Below are positions 19,782-29,501 of a stretch of DNA of 64,000 bases, piece after piece. Each line of letters starts with the position of its first letter. Position 1 is the first letter of the stretch. The notes below the pieces were generated by a model. It was given only the letters and a program-made list of their open reading frames with translations, had not been told where the DNA came from and did no database searches. The DNA comes from Candidatus Parcubacteria bacterium. GTDB taxonomy: Bacteria; Patescibacteriota; Minisyncoccia; UBA6257; HR35. Both the position numbers and the translations under genes were made by a program. Location: assembly GCA_025999335.1 (NCBI GenBank), contig AP024681.1:615610-679609 (forward strand). The letters are read 5' to 3'.

Positions 19782-19927
19782 AAATTTTTTATTTAGTTAT
19801 CAACTAAAATATTATTTCTTAAATAAAAAATTCTTTATATATAATACATAGCTTAAATTTATTTAAATTTAATTTTAAAGGTACTTTATTTTTTTTCTAA
19901 AAAACAAAATTTTTTATAATTGAATTT

Positions 19928-21151
19928 ATGCGATACGGTATAGTTGGATTAGGTATTTCAGGCAAAGCATTAGTAGATATTTTATTGAAGCTTGGGCACA
20001 AGCCAGTAGTTTTTGAATTAAAAAGTAGAAAGAGTTTTAAGCAAGAGGAAATTGAAAAATTAGAAAAAGAAGGAGTAGAGCTTATTTTTAATTATCAGCT
20101 AGATGATTTTAAAAAAGTTGATTTAGTTATTTTGTCTTCAGGAATAAAACACGATTTTTTCAAGCAAAATAAAATTAAATTTATCTCCGAGCTTGATTTT
20201 GTTTGTTCTTTTTTGGAAGACAAAGATTATATTTTTATAACCGGAACGAAAGGGAAGGGAACAACAGCAATTTTTACAAAGTTTTTATTTGATGAATTAG
20301 GTTTGAAAACTTTTTTAGGCGGGAATATTGGGGAAAGCGAATATTCAAAACCAGCTGTTTATGCAATTTTCGAGTCTGCTGATATTTATCTTTTCGAAAC
20401 TTCAAGTTTTCAATTAAGATCAAGTTTTCAAGCTAAGCCTTTGATTTATGCAATTGTTAATTTGGGAATCGATCATTTAGATCGGCATAATTCTTTAGAA
20501 GATTATTGGCAATCAAAATTAAAATTTTTAGAAAAAGCGAAATATTGGATTAAGCCTAATGAGTTTGAAATTTTAAAAAATGTTCCTGAAGAATTCAAAA
20601 ATAATTTTCCGGGAGAGCATAATTTGTATGACTTGAGTTTAGCTTATAGAATTTTAGAGGTTTATGCTAAAGAGAAAAATTTGGAAATTCCCGAGGATTT
20701 ATTAGCAAAAGCGGTTAAAAAATTTCCTAGACAAAAATTTGTTTTGCAATATGAAGGTGAAATTAATGGCGTAAAAATTTATAATGATTCAAAATCGACT
20801 CATTATTTATCTTTAAAAGCAAGTTTGAATTCATTTAATCAGCCAGTAATTTTAATTTGCGGTGGTTTAACAAAAGGTTTTGATTTTTCGGAAATTGAAG
20901 ATGTTATTAAGAAAAAAGTTAAATATGGAATAATTATTGGCAGAGATAAAGAGAAAATAGCGGAATCTTTTGATAAAAGCAGAATATTTTTAGCGGAAAA
21001 TTTAGAAGAAGCTATTAATAAAGCTTTAGAAGTCTCTCAAAGTGGTGATGTAATTTTATTTTCTCCAGGATGTGCTTCTTTTGATATGTTTCAAAATGCA
21101 ACAGAAAGAGGTGAGATTTTTTCAGAATTAATTAAAAAATTTGCTAAATGA
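19928..21151 (+). CDS. murD: UDP-N-acetylmuramoylalanine--D-glutamate ligase
   Basis: N-terminal 'GIVGLGISGKAL', Mur ligase P-loop 'ITGTKGKGTTA', 'NDSKSTHY' (MurD NDSKATN-like). Confidence 0.65.
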   Translation: MRYGIVGLGISGKALVDILLKLGHKPVVFELKSRKSFKQEEIEKLEKEGVELIFNYQLDDFKKVDLVILSSGIKHDFFKQNKIKFISELDFVCSFLEDKDYIFITGTKGKGTTAIFTKFLFDELGLKTFLGGNIGESEYSKPAVYAIFESADIYLFETSSFQLRSSFQAKPLIYAIVNLGIDHLDRHNSLEDYWQSKLKFLEKAKYWIKPNEFEILKNVPEEFKNNFPGEHNLYDLSLAYRILEVYAKEKNLEIPEDLLAKAVKKFPRQKFVLQYEGEINGVKIYNDSKSTHYLSLKASLNSFNQPVILICGGLTKGFDFSEIEDVIKKKVKYGIIIGRDKEKIAESFDKSRIFLAENLEEAINKALEVSQSGDVILFSPGCASFDMFQNATERGEIFSELIKKFAK

Positions 21152-21933
21152 AGATTTATATTGGTACATCAGGTTGGCAATATTATCATTGGTATGGTAA
21201 GTTTTATCCGGAAAACTTAAAAGCAAAAGATTTTTTAAATTTCTACGCAAAGCATTTTAAAACCGTTGAAGTTAACACAAGTTTTTATCATTTTACTAAA
21301 GAATCAACTTTTAAAAATTGGTTAAGTCAAGTTCCCAAAAATTTTTTGTTCTCAATCAAACTCCATCGTCTTTTTACTCATTTTCGAAGATTAAAATTAA
21401 AAAAAGAAGATAAAAGAATTTTAAAAGAAACAATTGATGGTTATAAAGTTTTAGGTAAAAATTTAGGAGTAATTTTAATTCAACTACCACCAGGACTTAA
21501 AAAAGATATCAAACTATTAAAAAATTTTTTGAAAATATTAAAAGATATTAGTTCGTATAAGTTCGCGGGTAAAAATGCTGTTCGCAGTAGTTCGCGTTAT
21601 TTTTTAAGATTCGCTATTGAATTTCGCCATAAATCTTGGCTTGATAAAGAAGTTTATAAGATTTTAAAAGAAAATAAAATTGCTTTTGTTATTTCTGACT
21701 CACCGAAATGGCTAACTGATATTGTTAAAACCGCTGATTTTGTTTATGTTCGTTTTCATGGCAAACCAAAGCTTTTTGCTTCAAAATATTCAAAAGAAGA
21801 ATTGAAAGACTATGCTGAGAAAATTAAAAAATTAAAACCTAAAATTTTATTCGCTTACTTTAATAATGATTTTGAAGGTTATGCTGTAGAAAATGCTTTA
21901 CAACTTAAAAGAATCTTAACTATATTAAATTAG
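21148..21933 (+). CDS. DUF72 (YecE-like) family protein carrying an in-frame GTTCGCR repeat insertion
   Basis: 'IYIGTSGWQYYHWYGKFYP', 'EVNTSFYH', 'FRHKSW' are DUF72 hallmarks. Confidence 0.65.
   Translation: MKIYIGTSGWQYYHWYGKFYPENLKAKDFLNFYAKHFKTVEVNTSFYHFTKESTFKNWLSQVPKNFLFSIKLHRLFTHFRRLKLKKEDKRILKETIDGYKVLGKNLGVILIQLPPGLKKDIKLLKNFLKILKDISSYKFAGKNAVRSSSRYFLRFAIEFRHKSWLDKEVYKILKENKIAFVISDSPKWLTDIVKTADFVYVRFHGKPKLFASKYSKEELKDYAEKIKKLKPKILFAYFNNDFEGYAVENALQLKRILTILN
21551..21597. repeat. Short copy of the GTTCGCR repeat element, inside the DUF72 coding sequence
   Basis: gttcgtataaGTTCGCGggtaaaaatgctGTTCGCAgtaGTTCGCGtt; locally GC-rich; reading frame is maintained (encodes SSYKFAGKNAVRSSSRYF). 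Confidence 0.4.
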
Positions 21934-22847
21934 AAATTTTGTTGTTGATTATCATTTATAAATGTTAATAAAAAAGGATCTTCAAAAATTACAGCGTTCC
22001 ATCTATTGGTTTTTGGATGAAAATTAAACCAGCAAATTTTTGCTATTTTTTCTTTAATTCTATTTGAAACAGTAAAATTTAGTATTTTTTTAATTATTTC
22101 AGTTCTTTCTTCGCTTTTTTTCTCAAGCGATCTTTCAATACCTATATGAGCATGTCCGATAATTATTCCAATTTCAGGTTTTTTTCTTTCGCTGTTTGTA
22201 AATTCAGCGATGGTTTGCATTTTTTGAGCTAACAAATGATTCCGTAAGGTGAGAACAATTAAATTTGTTTCCGGATGAATTCTTTCATTTAAATCTAATA
22301 CGAATCTATTTATAATTGATCGAGCCTCTTCGTCTTTTCCTGTAAGCCAGAGGGGATATTCTAAAATATGTGTAGAAAAAAATAATCCGGACAATAATTT
22401 TCCGCTACGTTTTAAAAATTCACGTCGTGTCATTTTTTGTTTTTTAAGTGCATCATTGACTAAAGAAACAAGAAGCAAAACTCCGGCAATTGGTTCAATA
22501 TTTAGTAAACTTTCTTGTAAGGCTATGGTTACATCTTCTTCTACAATGTCTGCAAAGAAAATAGATTGCCTATCTTTTTCTGCTTTTTCGACTATTCTTT
22601 TATACTGTATTGATTCATAACATGCTTCAAGTATTTTATAAGCTGATTCTATTGTTGAATAATCGCCGATGCCTTCTAAAACAACCCCATCTAAACCTTC
22701 AATATCTTTTGGATCTTGTTCAATATTATGTTTACCATAAATAATGCGAAATGTTGCGTAAGGCAACTCTTTGATTACTATATTTTTAGGCAATTCTTTT
22801 TTAGAATTTATATTTTCTGTGTTTTGATTATGCATATTACTTGGCAT
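21930..22847 (-). CDS. Hypothetical protein; internal twin-arginine-like segment 'MTRREFLKRSGKLLSGLFF' at about residue 140
   Basis: ORF; 'GIIIGHAHIGIER' motif; a possible alternative start at the internal Met would give a Tat-type signal peptide. Confidence 0.35.
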   Translation of the reverse strand: MPSNMHNQNTENINSKKELPKNIVIKELPYATFRIIYGKHNIEQDPKDIEGLDGVVLEGIGDYSTIESAYKILEACYESIQYKRIVEKAEKDRQSIFFADIVEEDVTIALQESLLNIEPIAGVLLLVSLVNDALKKQKMTRREFLKRSGKLLSGLFFSTHILEYPLWLTGKDEEARSIINRFVLDLNERIHPETNLIVLTLRNHLLAQKMQTIAEFTNSERKKPEIGIIIGHAHIGIERSLEKKSEERTEIIKKILNFTVSNRIKEKIAKICWFNFHPKTNRWNAVIFEDPFLLTFINDNQQQNF

Positions 22848-22899
22848 ATTTTTTATTTCTTTTACAATTTTAACCTATAAATAAAAAATAGCTTTATCC

Positions 22900-23409
22900 T
22901 TATTGACTAATTTTATCCTTTGTATTTAAAAAATTAATTAGTTTATCTATAATTTTTTCTTGATAACTAACTAATTTTTTTCTTGCTGTTTCTAAATCAA
23001 AATAACCAGCTTTATCAACTTCAGGTATTTTAATAAATTTTTTTGATTTAGGTGGAAATTCGAGTTCAATTAAATTGCTTTTAACTTTAAAATCATCACC
23101 AAAATCTTTTTTTAAAACAAAAACATAAAGAATCTTATTTGAACTCCTAACTTCACCAAGATATTTAAGATTGTTTGTATCTTCTTTATTAAGCTTTAAA
23201 CTAGTTTCTTCTTCAAACTCCCGAATAGCTGTTTCTTTTAAAATTTCTGGTTTTAAGTTTTGAGTTTTGAAATTTGAGATCTCACCTTTAGGCACACTCC
23301 AACAATTTTCATCTTTATTTTGCCAATAAGGACCACCAGGATGAACTAATAAAATTTCAATTTTGTTATTAATCTTTCTGTAAACCAAAACTCCTGCTGA
23401 TTTTTTCAT
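22900..23409 (-). CDS. NUDIX hydrolase
   Basis: Nudix box 'GEISNFKTQNLKPEILKETAIREFEEETSL'. Confidence 0.75.
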   Translation of the reverse strand: MKKSAGVLVYRKINNKIEILLVHPGGPYWQNKDENCWSVPKGEISNFKTQNLKPEILKETAIREFEEETSLKLNKEDTNNLKYLGEVRSSNKILYVFVLKKDFGDDFKVKSNLIELEFPPKSKKFIKIPEVDKAGYFDLETARKKLVSYQEKIIDKLINFLNTKDKISQ

Positions 23410-23504
23410 TTTAATTTAATTTTAACCTTGAGTTTTTATAATATAAAAACTTACTAGAAGTATTATAGTTTTTTAAATGAAATTATCTGTAATATAATTA
23501 AATT

Positions 23505-24431
23505 ATGAAAAGTCAAATTTTAGTAGAAAATAAACCAAAAAAGATTAATAGCAATTCAGGAGAAAAAATATTAAAGATAAATATTAATAGAATATGCAAC
23601 TGTCCTCAAAATAAACTTTCTTGTTTAGATGCTAAAACTTGGACTAAGTATCAAGTAGGTATTTGGGAATTTTTTTACGAAAAAAGGGATATTAGAGACA
23701 AAAATATTCACCCCGCTGTTTTTCCGATTGAATTACCAAAAAGATGTATAGAACTTTTTACTCATAAAGGAGAATTAGTTTTGGATCCTTTTGTTGGTAT
23801 TGGCACAACATTAATAGCTGCTAAAGATTTAGAAAGAAATGCTATAGGCTTTGATTTGAATAAAAAATATGTAGAATTAGCAAACAAAAGAATAAATAAA
23901 GAAAAACAACTTTTTGATTCCAACACAAAACAAATCGCGATTTGCGATGATGCTTTTAATATAAATAAATATTTAGAAGAAAAAACAATTTCTTTATGCG
24001 TGACATCACCACCTTATGCAAATATGTTAAACAAACAAAGATTAAATAAAAGTTTTCGAAGTGATTTAAGAAAAAAGAAATATTATTTAGATATCCAACA
24101 ATATTCACAAAATGAAAGAGATTTAGGCACCATGGAACCTAAAAAATACATTAAAGCGCTTCAAGAAATTTTTAAAAATATTTTACCACTTTTAAAAGCT
24201 AAAGCACATTGTGTGATTAATATTAACGATTTATGGGTAAACGATAAAAGAATACCACTTCATGTAATGGTGATAAAAGCAATGGAAGAAGTTGGTTATG
24301 AGTTAAGAAATATTATAATTTGGGATAAAAGAAAATTAGTTAATAAGGTAGGAATATTTGGTTGGCCAAGTAATTATATTACAATGGGAGCCACGTTTGA
24401 ATATTTATTAGATTTTTGGAAGCCAGAATAG
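23505..24431 (+). CDS. DNA methyltransferase, N6-adenine/N4-cytosine family (type II R-M methylase)
   Basis: Motif I 'VLDPFVGIGTTLIAA'; motif IV 'TSPPYANM'. Confidence 0.8.
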   Translation: MKSQILVENKPKKINSNSGEKILKININRICNCPQNKLSCLDAKTWTKYQVGIWEFFYEKRDIRDKNIHPAVFPIELPKRCIELFTHKGELVLDPFVGIGTTLIAAKDLERNAIGFDLNKKYVELANKRINKEKQLFDSNTKQIAICDDAFNINKYLEEKTISLCVTSPPYANMLNKQRLNKSFRSDLRKKKYYLDIQQYSQNERDLGTMEPKKYIKALQEIFKNILPLLKAKAHCVININDLWVNDKRIPLHVMVIKAMEEVGYELRNIIIWDKRKLVNKVGIFGWPSNYITMGATFEYLLDFWKPE

Positions 24432-24435
24432 AAGA

Positions 24436-25122
24436 TTAAAAAATTTTATTTAAATCATTGATTATTTCACTTAATCTTTTCACGTGAGGAAGAATATGTT
24501 CTGTTTTTCTAGCTATATAGACATAATCAAAAAAAGTAATAGTAGCTCTATATTGTGGTTCAAGTAGTTCTTTATAAAAATTAGTTGTAATGAAACCAAA
24601 TTTTATTTCTTTTTCCGGTTTATAGTTAATATTATATTTTTCTTTTAAAAAATCACAATATTGAGCAATATCTAAAATTAATTTCCATCTATGAGATTGC
24701 CCAGCTCGTTCTCTTAGAGATGTTTTTAAGCTAAATATGATTATCGGCTTATCAGGTTTTTCACTAAAAGCCATTAAATCCATATCTGGTTTTAATATTT
24801 CGTTCCCGATTTTAATGGCAGCGTATTCTTTTATTAATGGATGATTTTTAGAAAGAGAAAGTTGCATACTAGATGGCAATTTGCCCAGCTCCTTTATCTT
24901 TAAAAGAGTATAATAAACTCCAAAAGGAAATAAACTTCCTACAATAGCAACCCGGGCTTGCTTGTAATCTTTATTTCTATTTTTAGCTATTTCAGTGCAT
25001 TCTTTTTCACAGCTTTTTAAAATTTTATCAAAGTTATTTAAAATTTCTACCAAACTTTCGTAATTTTTACCTATTTTATCTATTCGTTTCTTTAAAATTT
25101 GTCGGTAAATAGATAATTTCAT
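24436..25122 (-). CDS. Putative cognate type II restriction endonuclease (family unknown)
   Basis: Convergent, 5 bp from the methylase stop; no recognisable family motif (typical for REases). Confidence 0.3.
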   Translation of the reverse strand: MKLSIYRQILKKRIDKIGKNYESLVEILNNFDKILKSCEKECTEIAKNRNKDYKQARVAIVGSLFPFGVYYTLLKIKELGKLPSSMQLSLSKNHPLIKEYAAIKIGNEILKPDMDLMAFSEKPDKPIIIFSLKTSLRERAGQSHRWKLILDIAQYCDFLKEKYNINYKPEKEIKFGFITTNFYKELLEPQYRATITFFDYVYIARKTEHILPHVKRLSEIINDLNKIF

Positions 25123-25134
25123 TTTAACTCAATT

Positions 25135-26010
25135 TTAACTCAATTTTAACATACCAACTCCTTGTCTTAAAATTTCAATTTTTCCATTTTTTAATTTAAT
25201 TAAAGTTGATGGTTTACCAACAATTTTACCAGTATTGTAATAAACAACATTATTTCCAAAGTATTTTTTCGCTTCAGTTATTGTTTTTGCCGGTTCATAA
25301 CCTTCCCAATTTGCTGAAGGAGCAACTAAAGGACCAGAAATTTTTAAAATGTTTCTTAACCATTTTGGTTTTGGCATTCTAAAAGCCAATGTTTTTGTAC
25401 CCCGATGAAGGTATTTAAACTTTTTAATTTTGTTTTTATCACTAATATCTAAAATCACCGAAACCGGTCCCGGCCAAATCTTTTTGAGGAAAGTTTTTAT
25501 ATCACCTGCTCGAATGTTAACCGAATTATTTGGTTTTTCATTCGAGTAAGTTATTCGGTTATCATTCGTGTGATCTATTTGCGTTGAATTAACGTCAACG
25601 CCAAAAATTTTTAAATCATCAAAATCAGAAATCAAAGTAATCATTGGTTTTTGTGGCGATCTTTTTCTTAATTTATAAATTCTTTCTACTGTTTTTTTAT
25701 TTAAAGCACTGCCGCAAATCCCATAAATTGTATCAGTTGGCATAACTGCAATTACGCCTTCTTTTAAAAGTAAAGCAAGTTTTTTCCAAGAATTTTTATA
25801 AGAACCAAAGTAACCGCCAATTGTATAATCATTTTTTATAATACGATGACAAGGGATTTTAGGGTTTTTATTTTTAGCTAAAATATTTCCTATAACTCGG
25901 TAAGCTTTTTTATTACCGGCTAATTTTGCTACTTCTTGATATGTTGAATATTTACCTGGTTTTATTTTTTTAATTATTCTTAGTACTTTATCTTTAAAAT
26001 GCATATTCAC
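25135..26010 (-). CDS. Fusion protein: N-terminal MGMT/Ogt-like methylated-DNA-protein-cysteine methyltransferase domain plus C-terminal YrdC/Sua5 (TsaC) threonylcarbamoyl-AMP synthase domain
   Basis: N-terminal 'YSTYQEVAKLAG...AYRVIGNILAKNKNPKIPCHRII' (PCHRV active-site Cys); C-terminal 'GVIAVMPTDTIYGICGSAL...RIYKLRKRSPQKPMITLISD' (YrdC). Confidence 0.65.
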   Translation of the reverse strand: MNMHFKDKVLRIIKKIKPGKYSTYQEVAKLAGNKKAYRVIGNILAKNKNPKIPCHRIIKNDYTIGGYFGSYKNSWKKLALLLKEGVIAVMPTDTIYGICGSALNKKTVERIYKLRKRSPQKPMITLISDFDDLKIFGVDVNSTQIDHTNDNRITYSNEKPNNSVNIRAGDIKTFLKKIWPGPVSVILDISDKNKIKKFKYLHRGTKTLAFRMPKPKWLRNILKISGPLVAPSANWEGYEPAKTITEAKKYFGNNVVYYNTGKIVGKPSTLIKLKNGKIEILRQGVGMLKLS

Positions 26011-26011
26011 T

Positions 26012-26563
26012 TTATTTCAGATCATTGTGAAAGTAAATAGTTTCTATTTTTTTATCTTTATATTTTAAGGTATGAATAAGAGGTTTTTTCTTGTTGCTAA
26101 CATTGCTAACACATTTTCCTTTGCCAATATAAAAACCAATATGTTTATGACCATCTTTGCCAAATCCCCAAACAATTATAGCGCCTTTTTTTAAAGTATT
26201 GATTTGATACCAACCTGATTTTTCTAAATCTTCAACAGTACTTTTTACTGTTGAATGTATGTCATTAATTAGTCCTATTATCTTTAAAATTGTACTTACA
26301 TAAAAAGCACAACTTAAACTGCCATTTTTATAAATATCTTTTGATTTGTTGTCAATAAAAAAATAAAGCGATCTAAAAAATTTTATTCCTAAACTATTTT
26401 TAATTAAGACAAAGAGAGATTTTTTCTTATTGATTTTATAAGCCATTTTAATTAAAATTATATCATATAAACGTTTAAAAAAATGAAAATTTATATCATT
26501 TTGCATAATATAAGAAGCTCTTATAATGTTGGAGCGATTTTTCGCACTGCTGATGCTGCTCAA
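26012..26563 (-). CDS. Hypothetical protein, possibly a papain-like (NlpC/P60/CHAP-like) hydrolase; the true start is probably the internal Met near 26446
   Basis: Cys then His in a 'SLSCAFYVS...GHKHIGFYIG' arrangement; the 5' 80 nt overlap the divergent SpoU gene, so the annotated start is likely too long. Confidence 0.25.
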   Translation of the reverse strand: MSSISSAKNRSNIIRASYIMQNDINFHFFKRLYDIILIKMAYKINKKKSLFVLIKNSLGIKFFRSLYFFIDNKSKDIYKNGSLSCAFYVSTILKIIGLINDIHSTVKSTVEDLEKSGWYQINTLKKGAIIVWGFGKDGHKHIGFYIGKGKCVSNVSNKKKPLIHTLKYKDKKIETIYFHNDLK

Positions 26564-26944
26564 GTTGATAAAATATATTTAACAGGTTACACTCCAACGC
26601 CAAAAACTAATCCTAAACAAATTCATAAATCAGCATTAGGCGCTGAAAATTTTGTGCAATGGGAAAAGCATAAAAATATTAACTATCTTCTGAAAAAACT
26701 TAAAAAAGAAAAGTTTAAAATTGTGGCTGTGGAGCAAAGTGAAAAAAGTATCCCTTATTATAAATTTAAACCTAAAAATGATTTAGTTTTAATCTTCGGC
26801 AATGAAGTTCGTGGTTTAAATAAAAAAATTTTAGAAAAAGCTGATTATATTTTAGAAATACCGATGCTTGGTAAAAAAGAATCATTAAATGTTGCTATAT
26901 CTTGTGGTATTATTGTGTACTATTTAAGATTTAGAGATTATTAA
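26483..26944 (+). CDS. SpoU/TrmH-family RNA 2'-O-methyltransferase
   Basis: 'NIRSSYNVGAIFRTADAAQVDKIYLTGYT', 'LIFGNEVRGL', 'LEIPMLGKKESLNVA'. Confidence 0.75.
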   Translation: MKIYIILHNIRSSYNVGAIFRTADAAQVDKIYLTGYTPTPKTNPKQIHKSALGAENFVQWEKHKNINYLLKKLKKEKFKIVAVEQSEKSIPYYKFKPKNDLVLIFGNEVRGLNKKILEKADYILEIPMLGKKESLNVAISCGIIVYYLRFRDY

Positions 26945-26983
26945 ATATTATTGATAATTTAGCAAATTTTTTGTTTTAATTAT

Positions 26984-28219
26984 TTAATAAGTTATTTCAT
27001 ATAATGTTTTAATCTCTTCTTGAGAAAGAGCGCGATTGTAAAGACGTATTTCATCTATTATTCCTTCAAAATATTCACCAGGGATAATGCGCATTCCTAT
27101 TTTGGGAGTTTGCACTAAATTTGTATTAGGTGGAGCATCTAAGGTGTGTGTTGCTAATAATAAATCATTTTGGTAGTATTTTTTAATAGTTCCGCTAGCA
27201 GAAAGAGTAATAGCAATAAATGTCCATTGTTTAAGAGGAACATTCCCATATCTGGTGTGACTACTCCATTCGTGTGCGCCAAATTTAGCGTTATCATAAA
27301 CAGCTAATCCGAAAGCTTGATTAAAAGAATCATTTCCATAGTGAAAAACGTGATATATTTGTTGTCCACTTCGTGTTGCAAATTGATTAATCCAAGCAAT
27401 AACTGTTCTATCCTGTGAACTAAAAGGAAAATTTACTTGGTTTATTATATTTATATACGAGCTTGTTCCATTAAAATTTAAAGCTTTTCCAATTTTACCA
27501 TCAACCCATTGAGGTTCGTTGTATAGAATTCCATTGTTATTATTATTACTATTGTCATAAGTTGTAGTACCTTTGCCTTCATCAAACGTCCACCATCCTA
27601 CTAATCCTTGTTTTAATGAAGCTGGTTCAGCGCGTGCCTGAAGAGAAGAAGGTGTCAACTTTTTATTGTTTCCTACTTCATAGATAAAGTTATTATCTCC
27701 TTGGTCATTACCACCAAGTTCTTCTTTACCTTTGTTGCTTTCGCTTTCTAAAGCAGCTGTTAATTCATAGCTTCCACCAACAGTAAAGGTATAAAAGTAA
27801 GGAGGTTTGTTAATCGGATCAGTTGGTAATTTAGGTATGTTTATAAGATAATTTTGGCTAAAAGGAATGGGAATCCAACCCGTGCCATCAAGATTATTGG
27901 GATTTTCTGAACATTGATACGACCAACCATAAGGTAGTAATGGTAATTGACTTAACCACGAAGAACAAATTGTTGATGAATCTTGTAGGGAAACATAGAC
28001 TATGTTAGGGGAAGCGTATTGTTTTTCATTGAAGGATTGGTTGTTTATTAACATAAGGTTTATTGCTTTTTCAATATTCTTTAAATCGTTTATTCTTTGA
28101 GTGTCTCGTGCGTTTTTAAATATTTCTGCAGGCTGAATAATTGTTATTAAAACAGTTGATAAAACTGCTATTATAGATAGAACAATTAAGATTTCTATTA
28201 GGGTAAAAGATTTTAACAT
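26984..28219 (-). CDS. Type IV pilin-like protein with a C-terminal LamG/concanavalin-like lectin domain
   Basis: Prepilin N-terminus 'MLKSFTLIEILIVLSIIAVL'; LamG-like 'GLVGWWTFDEGKG...ALNFNGTSSYINI...IDEIRLYNRALSQEEI'. Confidence 0.7.
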   Translation of the reverse strand: MLKSFTLIEILIVLSIIAVLSTVLITIIQPAEIFKNARDTQRINDLKNIEKAINLMLINNQSFNEKQYASPNIVYVSLQDSSTICSSWLSQLPLLPYGWSYQCSENPNNLDGTGWIPIPFSQNYLINIPKLPTDPINKPPYFYTFTVGGSYELTAALESESNKGKEELGGNDQGDNNFIYEVGNNKKLTPSSLQARAEPASLKQGLVGWWTFDEGKGTTTYDNSNNNNNGILYNEPQWVDGKIGKALNFNGTSSYINIINQVNFPFSSQDRTVIAWINQFATRSGQQIYHVFHYGNDSFNQAFGLAVYDNAKFGAHEWSSHTRYGNVPLKQWTFIAITLSASGTIKKYYQNDLLLATHTLDAPPNTNLVQTPKIGMRIIPGEYFEGIIDEIRLYNRALSQEEIKTLYEITY

Positions 28220-28356
28220 ACTTTTGTTATATCGTTTTTAGTGTTATTATTAAAATTATAAAATACTTAATATTTTTTTAGAAATGCATTTTTTGTGCTA
28301 TATACTTGGGTAATGTATAATATAAAAAAGTCGAAAAATTTTCAGTTAGTTCAAAT

Positions 28357-29085
28357 ATGGATAAATATTTAAGAAATTCAATAATTATTGGTATTTTTCT
28401 TTTTATTATCGCTTTATTTTTAGGTATTTATACATTTTCAGATATACTTAAGTCATTACGATTGTCACAAAGTTTTTCAGTATCAGCTGAAGGCAAAGAA
28501 GTTGTTATTCCTAACATTGCTCAATTAACCATAGGTCTTATTACTGAAGGCGAGAGTTTGCTTAAGATTCAAAAAATAAATACGGAAAAATTTAATAAGG
28601 TGATTAAATTTTTAAAAGATCAAGGTATTGATGAAAAAGATATTAAAACAGAAAATTATTCAGTAAAGCCAATCTACGACTACAAGAAATCACCTTATCA
28701 AATAGTTGCTTATTCTATTAATCAAAATGTTTTGGTTAAGATCAGAGATCTTAATAAAGTTAATGTAATTCTTAGCGGAGTTGTTCAAAATGGTGCTAAT
28801 AATATTAGTGGTCCTAATTTTGTTGTGGATGATCCAGAGATTTATTTAGATAAAGCTAGAGATAAAGCAATTAAACTTGCAAAAGAAAAAGCTGAGAAGA
28901 TTGCTAAAACAGCAGGGATTAGATTGGGGAAAATCATAAACATTTCTGAATCTTCGTATTCGCCAATGCCTATTTATATGAAAGCAATGGAAATAGGTGG
29001 AGGTGAAAGTGGAGCATTGCCGTCAATTGAACCAGGCTCTCAAGAAATAAAAATTTGGGTAACGATTACTTATGAAATTAAATAA
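28357..29085 (+). CDS. SIMPL/DUF541 family periplasmic protein
   Basis: N-terminal TM helix; 'LDKARDKAIKLAKEKAEKIAKTAGIRLGKII' is a typical SIMPL C-terminal region. Confidence 0.65.
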   Translation: MDKYLRNSIIIGIFLFIIALFLGIYTFSDILKSLRLSQSFSVSAEGKEVVIPNIAQLTIGLITEGESLLKIQKINTEKFNKVIKFLKDQGIDEKDIKTENYSVKPIYDYKKSPYQIVAYSINQNVLVKIRDLNKVNVILSGVVQNGANNISGPNFVVDDPEIYLDKARDKAIKLAKEKAEKIAKTAGIRLGKIINISESSYSPMPIYMKAMEIGGGESGALPSIEPGSQEIKIWVTITYEIK

Positions 29086-29467
29086 TTTTTATTAAGATTT
29101 CTCTTTCTCTTGGTCCATCAAATTCAATTAAAACTATTCTTTGCCAAGTACCTAAAATTAATTTTTTGTTTTCAAAAGGAAGGAGAAGAGAAGTGCCGAC
29201 AATTGACGATAAAAAGTGATCAGAGAAATGTTCAGGATTGTGAGGATGGATATAATTTGCTTTAGGTTTGATTTTCTCAAAAGCAGTTATATAATCTTTT
29301 TCAGCCCCCGGATCTAAATCAGCAGTCGTTAAAGAACAAGTTGTATGCAGAGCAAAAAGAAAGATTAATCCTTCATTTTTTTCTTGTGCTATTAATAACT
29401 TATTAAGTTTATCAGTAATATCAATTACTTCTTGTTTTTTTGTTGTTTTTACGATTGTATGTTGCAT
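29078..29467 (-). CDS. YjbQ/UPF0047 family protein (second paralog)
   Basis: 'HTTCSLTTADLDPG', 'GTWQRIVLIEFDGPRER'. Confidence 0.6.
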   Translation of the reverse strand: MQHTIVKTTKKQEVIDITDKLNKLLIAQEKNEGLIFLFALHTTCSLTTADLDPGAEKDYITAFEKIKPKANYIHPHNPEHFSDHFLSSIVGTSLLLPFENKKLILGTWQRIVLIEFDGPREREILIKII

Positions 29468-29501
29468 AATTTTATTTTAAAATAAAATCATTAAGAATGA
29501 A

